Position numbers and translations under genes: made by a program. The notes under the pieces are model-generated. The model was not told the DNA's origin. It saw only the letters and a list, made by a program, of their open reading frames with translations, and searched no databases. From Nemertoderma westbladi (Eukaryota > Animalia > Xenacoelomorpha), in contig JAUCBJ010008930.1 of NCBI GenBank assembly GCA_032718475.1, positions 1 to 64,000 of the forward strand: a DNA stretch of 64,000 bases. The letters are read 5' to 3'. Numbering within the stretch: the stretch's first letter is position 1; each line of letters begins with the position of its first letter. This document shows positions 12,401-22,500 of the stretch, one piece after another.

Positions 12401-14314
12401 TAAATTGGAGAGATACGCCTATTCCTACTATCGGAAGAGACGGTAACAATACCTGCAATATCCTACTGTAAAGTTTGTAAATCAAATCATAAATCCGACC
12501 TTCTCACCAAAACAGTAAACCCCAAGTAAGCGAATATATTGCAGTATCGATCTCTTTTAACCGGTGAGGCAGAAAACAGTCTACGAGCAGACAAACTTCG
12601 ATAAAACAAAATCCCGCGCAGCGAATCCTAAAATCAGGCTGACTCACTGACGGACTAAGGGGCTCGTATACTTTGCCGCGGTGTGATTTATATGGTTGGG
12701 CAAAGGGACGCTAGCTAGGTACAGAGGCAGATATTTGGAGATGTCTAACTAGCGAGCAAAGTGCAGTAAGGACGAAAGTTAATTTTATATATTTTGAGGT
12801 GTAAATAATTTCTAACGCGCGTGTGTTAATTCTGAACGGTCAAAAGCAGTTTTGCTCCTTCACATATATAATTACTGGGTACGGTGTGCATTTTACGAAT
12901 ATTCTAATTTGTAACTTGTAGGTCCAATACTCACGAATGGTAAGGTTCCTTCCCCTCTTGCGTATTTCCAGGACTCAAATTCAGGCATAAGGTTAATACT
13001 ACGCCCAGAATTCGGCAATTTCAGGTACCAGGTCCCTGATACTAAGAAGAGATGTGTTAGTTTACTACTGTAGGCGTACGGGTACTAATAGCTATCCTGG
13101 CTCCTATCTAGAATTTTAGTCACCCAGGTAGTCCGGGTAACTTCCTATTAGGGCGTTGGCGGGGACACGGTAGATGTTAGTATATCCCTGATAGCCTCAA
13201 TTTATTTGCGCCTAGCGTAAACTGCCCTACCGCCTGAACGGTACAATCCCAATTCAGGTGAAAACACAGCAACCCCCTAGCCTACAAGTTCTGATGTAAC
13301 GGACACCGTTGTACGGCAAATAGTCGCACACACACCTGTACTTAGCAAGAGTTAAGCGTACAGTTTGCTGCACCCTAACCAATGTGTATGCCTTGTACCG
13401 GTGTGCCTACGTCCTATCTGCGTACTAGTATCTGCTCTCTCTCCCTCTCCCCCGTAGGAATATGAAGGTCTACTGCGGTTTTTCCCTGAATCAAGACAGT
13501 ACAGTCCCTATGATGTAATTTTGGGCTCACAGCGTGTCACTACGTCTACCTTTGATCTTTTGGTCTTACACTTAGGTAGCAAGGATCGAACGCTGTCTAA
13601 CCTTTCAGGCGATGGGCGAATAACGCTAGATGGTATTGCGGGTTGTCTCTCGTCTACATTCCCGTGATGTTCCCGTTCATTGCTGTGGCCCGATCTCTAG
13701 CTGGCCATCCTGTCCCTGAGTTTGTTCACCGTAGTGAAACCATATTAAAACAGATAGAAAGGCTGAGAGATGTGACTAGTATTTCTGACTTTATTACAAA
13801 ACATATAATAACTATTATACAATAAACAATGTAATCTGAAATAAGACAGAAAGTGAATGATGGAAATTGATTGAATAACTAATGAACGAATCGCACCTTT
13901 ATATACTAAATTTGTGCCGCAATCAATCGAGAAAATTCTCGATTGTTCTATAGATTCTAACAAGGTTTTAAAGATAGCTATTGGTCCAGCTAATATATAA
14001 CTTGCACGACATTGGTTACAATCAAATAACTACAGCCTTATTGGTACAGACAAATGCAATTAATTTGTAGCGGTTAATTTAAATGAGTTGAAATTCTACA
14101 CAAAAAATAATTCGCACTTACTAGGATTTGAACTCGATACCTACTATACTTATAATTTCCAACGCTCTACCAACTGAGCTACTGAACCACTTGACCGATA
14201 GATGCATAATAGATAGAACCAATACGAATGAGAACTCAAAGCAATCTTTACAAAGTTAATTCGAATAAAATAAATTTTTGAAAATCCACGGCATTTAGGG
14301 AATATAATTCTATA
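12401..14314 (-). repeat. 3' LTR of the BEL/Pao element (1914 bp)
   Basis: Near-identical to 29317-31245 from taaattggagag to gggaatataattctata, with scattered substitutions and small indels. Preceded on the sense strand by the short purine-rich ggagcgg. Confidence 0.92.
14102..14188 (-). ncRNA. tRNA-derived Pol III-type unit inside the 3' LTR (not a functional tRNA)
   Basis: Sense GGTTCAGTAGCTCAGTTGGTAGAGC (A box, D-arm) ... GAGTTCAAATCC (B box) ... TTTTTT. Acceptor and T stems do not pair. Confidence 0.65.
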
Positions 14315-14339
14315 CCGCTCCATGAAAACAGGATATTAT

Positions 14340-15120
14340 CGTGCATAAAATATACGGTTTTCACCAATAATCAATCAAACTATAGAATACTTAGGGCGTA
14401 CTTACATATTTACAATTAAGTTTCAAACAATACTTCCTTTCTACGTAATGATTCGATACAAAATAATTACAAATTCAAACTTTACGTATTTAAGGCTTTA
14501 CTAAGTAAGTACAATATAAATCTAAATTAAATTCACCAATATAAATCTATTGCATCTCAATATTGCATAAATTCAAACAATTACAAATACAAATAAATGA
14601 AAACAATAAGAAAGGCTCGCGAGTCTTCCATCTACTATTGCATCTCAAATATTGCATAAATTCAAGTAATTACAAATACTTTCGTACCTAAATGTAGATT
14701 GCATAAGTTTGGAATAATTACAAATATGAGTCTTTCTGAGCACAAATTTTTCTGTCTATAAAACTTTCTCTTTAGGTACAAATACTGCTTATAAGATATA
14801 AATTGCATAATATTCGGAACAATACAAATTGCATAAGTTTGGAATAATATAAATTGTATAAGTTCGGAATAATTACAAATATAAAATATAAATTCTTACT
14901 AAATATAAATCTTACTAACTATAAGTCTTTACTTAAATATAAATATAAACTGCATAAGTTTAGAATAATATAAACCTTTGCATCTCAAATATGAAACATA
15001 AATCTTTCAAATATAAGTTCCTTCTAAATATAAACTTTCTAAATTTCATAAATTCGGAACAATACAAATTGCATAAGTTTTCTAAATTTAAAACATATAA
15101 TTCAAAATAAATCACAAATC
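14340..15120. repeat. AT-rich degenerate short repeats in the element 3' UTR
   Basis: Recurrent aaattgcataagtttggaataattacaaat / ttgcatctcaaatatt variants. Confidence 0.7.
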
Positions 15121-15197
15121 ATAAGAAAGGCTCACGAGTCTTCCGTCCACCCTTGCCCTCCCTTTTATCGCTTAGTTGATCGAGCCCTGCCGCGTCC

Positions 15198-18100
15198 TCA
15201 AAAACTGCGCACAGGTGACTTTGCTCGCGATATGGGACTAATGGGGCGAGTCACTGGTTTACTTGGGACGTTGAGAGACGGTGCAACTATTTCCTCGCAA
15301 ATTCGTCTATTTGGCATCCCAAAACCTCGACCAATTCCTCGTGACCGATCAGTCGTCGCTACAGTTGGTAGAACGTCTGGGAACGCGTGAGAAGCGGACG
15401 ACGCAGACCCAAGAGTAGCTTGCGCCCCCTGTTGATCAGCTGGTGTATGTCCCGATCCTCCTACCGGTTCTCTTGGAAGTGATACCGTATCCCGAGTAAC
15501 TCGAATAGTCGGCTCAACTCCCTTGCGTTCTTCTACATTAATAATTTTCTTCAATTGTTGGCCCACCTTCTGGACCCGTATGATCCTACCCTGCCCGTCC
15601 TCCCGAGGGTGACGTGCAGACGGCGCAACCGGAGTGGCTGATATATTCGTCGCCTCTAGGACCTCTTCTTCCTCGAATACGCTCGCTCGTATACGTTTAT
15701 GGTAAAACGCGGCTCGGTACGCCCATGCGACGGTTAACCAAGCTCCTTTATTCCGCTTTTCGGTTCGGAAACGATCAAATTCACCATACGTGATACGATT
15801 TACGACTTTCTGAAAATTCCACGTGTTCTTGTTATCCGGGTGAATCTGTAACAGATACTCGCGCACTACTCGGAATCCGCTGTCGTGGGGCAAAATATCG
15901 ACAACCTCGATAAGTTCGTCATATTGGGGCATAGCGGAGATATATCCTTCCGACATCATCGTCTGGGGATTTACCGCCCAAAATCCGAGATGCGCTCTCA
16001 TCGGAAACCGTCTTCTTTGTGCCGATACATGTTCGTCGGCTAAATCTTCCCACTCATCAAATAACTTCCTCACGAGTTTTACAGATTCGTGTTCATAAGG
16101 TATGTCTCTCAGTTGGCATTCAGATGCTCGATGTCCCTTTATATTGCAGTAAGTACATTGAGCCATAAATCTCCAGCAAGTATAAAAGGTATGAGACCCT
16201 TGATCCCCACACCATCCACAGATTAGCTGAGTCGTAGTAATGTGCTTTCCACTGCACTTTGCCATATGATGTCCAGCGACGCCACATTTACTACACATCG
16301 TATTAGCAGGGTACCACACTCGTTCGTATATAAGATCTCCAATCGGTCGAGCGCTTCCTCCCATACTATAATCGTAATCATCTGGGTCTATGGGTTGGTA
16401 GGTTTCTGAAGGTTGTATACAAACTATAGCATCTGTTGCTTCAAGTTGTCGAATCTCCGTCTGAGATTTCTTCGGGAGGTTCCTTTCTATCTCAAGAAGT
16501 TCCTCTAAAGGATCGTCGGCGATCGTAGTAGTTACGTTGAAATCATCACCGAGGTGACCGATAGGCGCGCGCGTCTGCCGTGATTCATCCATAATTTCCA
16601 CGATACGTTCTCCTTCATAGGGTAACAATGTAAACATAGATGGTCTTTCGATAAGAGATCCCGCACAGCGAAGATACACGTCTCGAAATATGCTAAATCC
16701 TGCTCGAGTAAAGGCATTACACTGAGCGTCGGAGTTGTAGAAGGGTTCAAGGAATCGTCTAAACACGTCGGTACGAATTCTCCCTTCCATGTAGAACGTA
16801 TGATCTTCTCCGAGACAAAGTGGATGTCTTTTGAGAGTCCGAGACACAATGTCGGCGATTAGGCAAACATTCACTGACGACTCTATCGCTAAATAATATT
16901 GTAAGACCGCTCTTGGAGGTGACGTAATAGCCCAATACACGCATCCTCTCCATTTAAGCTGTGATTCAAACTCACTCATATCTGGAGTATCACCTTCTCC
17001 ATAAGTTTCAATATACTTGTTTCTTTTACCTTCCTTATAATCCCAATTGAATAACAGGTAGGAAATGTATCCAGTTCCAGTCTTCTGAGTATTATACTCA
17101 CGAAAATATCCCTGTTCTATAGACCACAGAATAAGAGGTCGAGTGTCGACGTATGGTGTCGGTAGTCGGTCATCGCTGTCCGTCATGCCGGCGAAGTCGC
17201 TAATTAAATCCTCCCTTACTCCTGATCCAACCTTTACAACAGTTTTATCTAAAATCATGTTTCTTACCATCTTCGGTAACATTCTAGCGTCAATATTACA
17301 AGCTTGGTCCATCTTCTTTACTATATCGGTGATAAGATGGTGTCGCTTTGTATTCGCTGGAGGTATCGGCATTCGTTTGTCGCTCCTCTGTCTACTGAAA
17401 ACGTGCAGGACTCCGTCCGCCGCTCTAATCTGTATAGTCTTAGAAGTCAAACTCTGCTGATGACTGCCGCCCTCGTTATCGTAAAACATATAACCGTTTT
17501 CCTGAAACGATCTAAACGTCCTAGTCCATTCATCCAACAATTCTTCCGAAGGTTGCCAAATCTTCTCTATATCCTTATCCTCATCGAAACGAATAACCTT
17601 ACCTCGCCAATCTGCGGCAATATCTGTATCCGACTCGAAGGTTCCGATTCCAATCCATAAACGAATCGTCTTGGTTAGATATCCTTTCAGATTACTCGGA
17701 GCTATGTCGGCACCAGCTCTATCCAGTTCCTTAAAATCTTGGATATGAGGTGGAACGTTGTTCACGACCTTTTGAGTAATATGTCTACGCAAATCATATA
17801 TCTTACTCATATCGCTGAAAACAACTGCAGGAAGAAACTCCAAGTTTGAAATGATTTCTGGATGATCCACGATGGGTATTTCGTACGTCGTATCCTGTCG
17901 GACTGGTATACTAATAGGGAAATTGAGTGTCGTACTCAATGGTTTCGTAGCTGAAGTACTATACGGTTGCATTTCTCTTGGCCTCTCCGGGGATGCAATC
18001 TGTAGTCTCTGAATAACGTTTTGAGCGAAGTTTATGCTCTCGAAAACTTCCGGTGTCATCTCCTTAGCTGAAGTTTGATCGTGTGACGTCCAATGGCAAG

Positions 18101-18890
18101 GTAGGCTCGCGAGTCTTCCACCCCATTCTTCCATCTCACCTTTCTCGAAAGCCTTGTAGGCTCTGTATAGGCTAAGAGCTTCTTTCTTTTCGCGGGTTGA
18201 CTGATTCGCCTCGTCCAGCGTAAGTTCAAATACATCGGGTTCAACAACCTTAGGTGGGTAAATGACAGTTTCTCCCGCCTTTGGTCCGGTCATAGCAAAT
18301 GAATGATATGGATTCGATAAAGGATACCCTCCTTCCTGGTAGCGTAGTTGTTGATGATTCGAACACCTCGCCAATATCGGTTCGGGATTTTCCTTATTCA
18401 AACGCATCGGAATCGCATTTCGTTGTTCGCGCATACAAGAACCGCATTGATAATAAAGTTTATAAACTGAAAATGCTTCCTTGGTTTCTCTATCGTCCCC
18501 TCGAGTTCGTCTGTAAAGATGCATTCCATCGAATTCATCGCGTACCGCGGGCATAGGTTCGTGCGCCTTTAGGTATTGCATGGTATGATACAAACGACTA
18601 ATTTCAGTATCGGGGTCTTCGCTAATGTCTCCCGTATCACACAAAGCATCGTACGGGTAAAGTTCGTTGAAGGTTTGGCGCAAACTTTCGATTCTTTCGT
18701 TCAATGCGTTTTGCCTTCTCTTTAATACATTCGAGTCATATTTAGTTCTCGCGAGTTTCGCTGTACTTTCCGATAATTCTTTTATACCAAATATAGTGTA
18801 ATCCTTGGCTCCAAATCTTTCGAATGGCGCTGCTGCCTCCTCTTGGATATCATATCCCCATCTCGGCTCTCCTTGTATCCCTTTCTCCAT
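15198..18890 (-). CDS. Retrotransposon ORF2, 1230 aa: putative DEDDy (WRN/EXD/mut-7-like) 3'-5' exonuclease domain plus 3 CCHC zinc knuckles
   Basis: Uninterrupted ORF. ExoI-like FYDNE, then IQI; ExoII-like LPKMVRNMILDKTVVKVGSGVRED; YVD; GxGxISYLLF; ExoIII-like W..PP...LQYYLAIES (~16870-17500). Knuckles CSKCGVAGHHMAKC, CGWCGDQGSHTFYTC, CTYCNIKGHRASEC (~16115-16296). No signal peptide or TM segment seen. Confidence 0.75.
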   Translation of the reverse strand: MEKGIQGEPRWGYDIQEEAAAPFERFGAKDYTIFGIKELSESTAKLARTKYDSNVLKRRQNALNERIESLRQTFNELYPYDALCDTGDISEDPDTEISRLYHTMQYLKAHEPMPAVRDEFDGMHLYRRTRGDDRETKEAFSVYKLYYQCGSCMREQRNAIPMRLNKENPEPILARCSNHQQLRYQEGGYPLSNPYHSFAMTGPKAGETVIYPPKVVEPDVFELTLDEANQSTREKKEALSLYRAYKAFEKGEMEEWGGRLASLPCHWTSHDQTSAKEMTPEVFESINFAQNVIQRLQIASPERPREMQPYSTSATKPLSTTLNFPISIPVRQDTTYEIPIVDHPEIISNLEFLPAVVFSDMSKIYDLRRHITQKVVNNVPPHIQDFKELDRAGADIAPSNLKGYLTKTIRLWIGIGTFESDTDIAADWRGKVIRFDEDKDIEKIWQPSEELLDEWTRTFRSFQENGYMFYDNEGGSHQQSLTSKTIQIRAADGVLHVFSRQRSDKRMPIPPANTKRHHLITDIVKKMDQACNIDARMLPKMVRNMILDKTVVKVGSGVREDLISDFAGMTDSDDRLPTPYVDTRPLILWSIEQGYFREYNTQKTGTGYISYLLFNWDYKEGKRNKYIETYGEGDTPDMSEFESQLKWRGCVYWAITSPPRAVLQYYLAIESSVNVCLIADIVSRTLKRHPLCLGEDHTFYMEGRIRTDVFRRFLEPFYNSDAQCNAFTRAGFSIFRDVYLRCAGSLIERPSMFTLLPYEGERIVEIMDESRQTRAPIGHLGDDFNVTTTIADDPLEELLEIERNLPKKSQTEIRQLEATDAIVCIQPSETYQPIDPDDYDYSMGGSARPIGDLIYERVWYPANTMCSKCGVAGHHMAKCSGKHITTTQLICGWCGDQGSHTFYTCWRFMAQCTYCNIKGHRASECQLRDIPYEHESVKLVRKLFDEWEDLADEHVSAQRRRFPMRAHLGFWAVNPQTMMSEGYISAMPQYDELIEVVDILPHDSGFRVVREYLLQIHPDNKNTWNFQKVVNRITYGEFDRFRTEKRNKGAWLTVAWAYRAAFYHKRIRASVFEEEEVLEATNISATPVAPSARHPREDGQGRIIRVQKVGQQLKKIINVEERKGVEPTIRVTRDTVSLPREPVGGSGHTPADQQGAQATLGSASSASHAFPDVLPTVATTDRSRGIGRGFGMPNRRICEEIVAPSLNVPSKPVTRPISPISRAKSPVRSF

Positions 18891-18920
18891 AATTAGGGTG
18901 TAGTTACATAATCATTACTA

Positions 18921-18951
18921 CTAGAGGGAATACAACAGAGTTTGTAGTTAG
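18921..18951 (-). promoter_or_regulatory. Candidate 3' splice acceptor for a subgenomic ORF2 mRNA
   Basis: Sense CTAAC branch point (18951-18947), then ctctgttgtattccctctAG ending at 18921, 30 nt upstream of the ORF2 ATG. Confidence 0.55.
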
Positions 18952-19548
18952 TTGTGAGGAGACGTGAGAGTTTCGTCTGCCCTTTGGGCTCGACAACGCT
19001 CTAACCTCCTACCCATAGCCTAAGATCTAGGGTTTCTTTAATGACACGCTGCTTCTTATCTAAAATTTTTTGCCGAAGTAAAAACGAATTTGGGCTAAAC
19101 TGGCCGTGAGTCTAAAATACTCACCTTTTGATCCCAAACTATTATCAGAAAATAAGCAATCAAGAATTAGTAATAAATATAGGGGAGTCTATTTTGACGT
19201 AACTTATTGAAACAAGACTGTGTAAAATTTAATTAAAATTTTAAGAAAGGCTCGCAAGTCTTCCTCTCTTGTTTCTCTAATTTTAAGTTCCACCCGACTG
19301 TACCCTGGAATCTATTCACTGGAGAAAATTTTAAAAATTTTTCAAATCCAAATGGATTGTCTAAAATTTCGAAAATGTCTCAATATTGTGAGTTCCAAGT
19401 AGAATTCCATTTCTTATACCTACAAATCCCGCTCCTATGTGACACATAAGGGTACTACCCTCAATGTTCACATAATATGACAATGGAATTCTACCGCTGT
19501 CCTTACTACGGTGTACAGGTACGTGGAAATCTATTTGTAAACTCCTAA

Positions 19549-22500
19549 TTATTTACTAGTATTAGGTGGAGATTTGTAATCTCCAGACTCGTTACGAGTC
19601 TCTTCAAGGAGTACGAGACGTTGAGTCGGTCTGTCTACTGTACGACCGTCAATTGTTCGTACCGTCACAGTTCTTGTCACTCCATCCATAGATGGATGTG
19701 TGGCTAAAATGACACCTGTTATCCAGAAGCGTCTTTTTAGATTCACTTCTGCCAACAGCACGTGATCTCCCGGCTTTAATGCGTGGGTGTTATTATACCA
19801 GTTTGTTCTGGCAGAAATAGAGGGCAAATAATGGTTTTGCCATATTTCCCAGAATTTGTTAGCCAGTAGTTGCGTGATTTTCCACGCTTTTCTCCCGTAA
19901 CTATCGCTTTCCATTGGAGTGGAAATCGGCGTTAATGTCGTCGGTGCCTGCATAAGCAGGTGTGCCGGTGTTAAAGCAAACTGGGATTGTTTGTCATCGG
20001 GTACTAATACTATTGGTCTAGTATTTAGTATTGCCTCGATTTCAACAAACAATGTTGTCAGTTGGTCGTCTGTTAATATGTGGTTTACTGGAATGACCTT
20101 TGCCATGGCCGTTTTGATAGATCTAATCAATCTCTCCCAGACTCCGCCTCTCCAAGGACTATCTGGAGGATTAAACTTCCAAACAATCTTGTGAGGTTGC
20201 AGTTCGTTCGAGATTTGATCATGATCTAATTTCTTAAAGGCTCTAGCAATCTCATTCCGAGCACCAACGAAGTTTGTCCCTTGGTCTGAGTACAAGCATT
20301 TTACTAGTCCGCGTCTAGCGATAAATCGCCGCAGTGCTAGTATAAACGCGTTGGTGGAAAGATCCATCACACGTTCAATATGAACTGCCCTACTGGACAT
20401 ACATGTGAAAATCAGTCCCCAGCGTTTTACTAGTATACGTCCACGTTTCGTATGTATGGGACCAAAGCAATCAATTCCAGTCTCTGTAAAAGGTGGTCTG
20501 AATGCTTGAAGTCGTGCTTGTGGTAGTTCACTCATTTCTTGGGTACCTATTCTAGAATGTACCTTTTTACAAATAATACACGTACGTGTCACTGAACTTA
20601 ATGCTTTACTGGGTCTAATCAATACAAATCTAGTACGTAAGTAGGAAAGACAGTGGTGTCTTCCAGCGTGTTTCAGATGTAGATGTGCATCCAGTATCAT
20701 TGCACGTTGTAGTTCGTGATGTTGCGGTATTATTATTGGGTACCTAAAGTTTGTGTTAAAGTCAATGTTTTGAAGCCGAGATTTATGACAAATTAAGCCA
20801 TTATAAATTATCGGACTCCAACTCAGTATTGGTGACGACTTGATTGGTTGACCTTGATGTATAGATGTGAATTCGCGCGCGAAATATCTCAGTTGGTAAT
20901 GGCGAATTAATTTAATCTCACACCTGTCAATCTCAGCCAATGTAAGTCGACGTGTAAAGTCACGTTTGCCTTTAACGTATTGTACAAAACGTACAATCCA
21001 CGCTAATTTTCGGCAAGCGTTTGACCAAGAGTCTGTTAAGTTTACGATACGGTCGACGTAAGTATTTGTGACGTCATCAGGTAAGTCAATGGAGAACTTG
21101 GAAGGTTTTGAATTACTAGAAGGGCCCACGGGTCCGCCGGTAAGTATTCCCTTGTTGACTGTTGATCCGTCCGGGTCTACAAGTAATTTGTCCTTCTTTG
21201 TCCTCTTACCTTGATTGTTGGTACTTTGTAAGTCGATCGTTAATGGTGGTTTGAACTCTATGGGGTCAGCAGGTTTCGGTAAACTTATTTTTCTGCCGAC
21301 ATTAATCCCAGGTCTCACCGTAGGTTGTAAGTTCGGTATGTCTCTTGAGCGCAAAGTAACACCTGTATTTACATTAGCGTAGGTACTACCCACATCTGTA
21401 ATACATGAGGTTTCACCGTGCTTATGGTTGCTCAAGTGTGTCAAAATCGGTAGTTTGTCAATACAAGGCCGCTCCAATAGGGAAACTGCGGCTTTATCGT
21501 TAGTCAATACATTACTAGTGTCTAGTCGACTGTCTAGTAATGTGTCTGGCGATACGTCTGGTAACGTATCTAGTTGTTTGTCAATAGAAGGCCGCTCCAA
21601 TAGAGAAACTGTGGCTTTACTGTTTGTCAGTGTGTTACTAGCGTCTGGTGGAACATTTTGTGATATGTCTGGCAAAATGTCTGGTTGACTGTCTAGTAAC
21701 GTGTCTGGTTGACTGTCTGGTAACGTGTCTGGTTGACCGTCTGGCGATATGTCTGGTGTAGAAAGGCTCGCAAGTCTTCCTCTCTTGACCTTTGAAGTTA
21801 TATCCTTCCATTTCGCCTTCGGTTTTTTCTTGAGTTTTGTCGCCGTTGTCTTTTTCTTTGTCTTCCCCTTTTTTGGTTTCTTGATTTCGGCGTCCTTGGG
21901 AATGGTGTTGGACTTGTTGTCGTATAACGGAGGCCAATCTTGTGTCGATTTCTGCAAGAACTGGGGTCCGTGTTGCCAAAACTCTTTGTTCTCCGGTTTA
22001 CAGAATTCCTCAGGCATCATTCCTCGCGACGCAATATCAGCTGGGTTTTGTGGTCCGGGACAATGTCGCCAATCCTCTTTTATCGAATGGTCTAGAATCT
22101 CTGCGCGACGGTTAGCTACGAATGTCTTGAATTCGAGTGTGTCGTTGTTTATGTAAAATAAAACCAACGTCGCGTCAGTCCAATAAAATATCTGTAAACT
22201 CGACTGTAGTTCTGTCTGTATGAGGTTCACGATGGTGGTTGACAGGGTCGCGGCTTGTAGCTCGGCTCGTGGTGTCGTCATATACTTAGTAGGCATGGTC
22301 TTAGCCTTAGAAGTAATGAGCGAAACATCGAACTCGTCCGATTCTACTTGTCTGCGCAAATACGCTGCCACACCAAAACCGTTGTCACTGGCGTCAGAAA
22401 AACAGTGTAGTTCCAAGTTGTCAGGAAATGTACTCTGTAATGGAAAGTAAACCCTGGGTATGAAATAATCCTCTAGTGAAGATAATTCCGCCTCCCAGGT

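Noticed and set aside
13643-13963. Short ORFs in the LTRs (also 30556-30893)
   Set aside because: Non-ATG starts, short, and one frame differs between the LTR copies because of an indel.
14102-14188. Functional tRNA gene
   Set aside because: Acceptor and T stems cannot pair and there is no clear anticodon arm; kept only as a tRNA-derived Pol III unit.
15198-18890. ORF2 as an envelope glycoprotein
   Set aside because: No signal peptide, TM anchor or Cys-rich ectodomain pattern; nucleic-acid-binding motifs instead.
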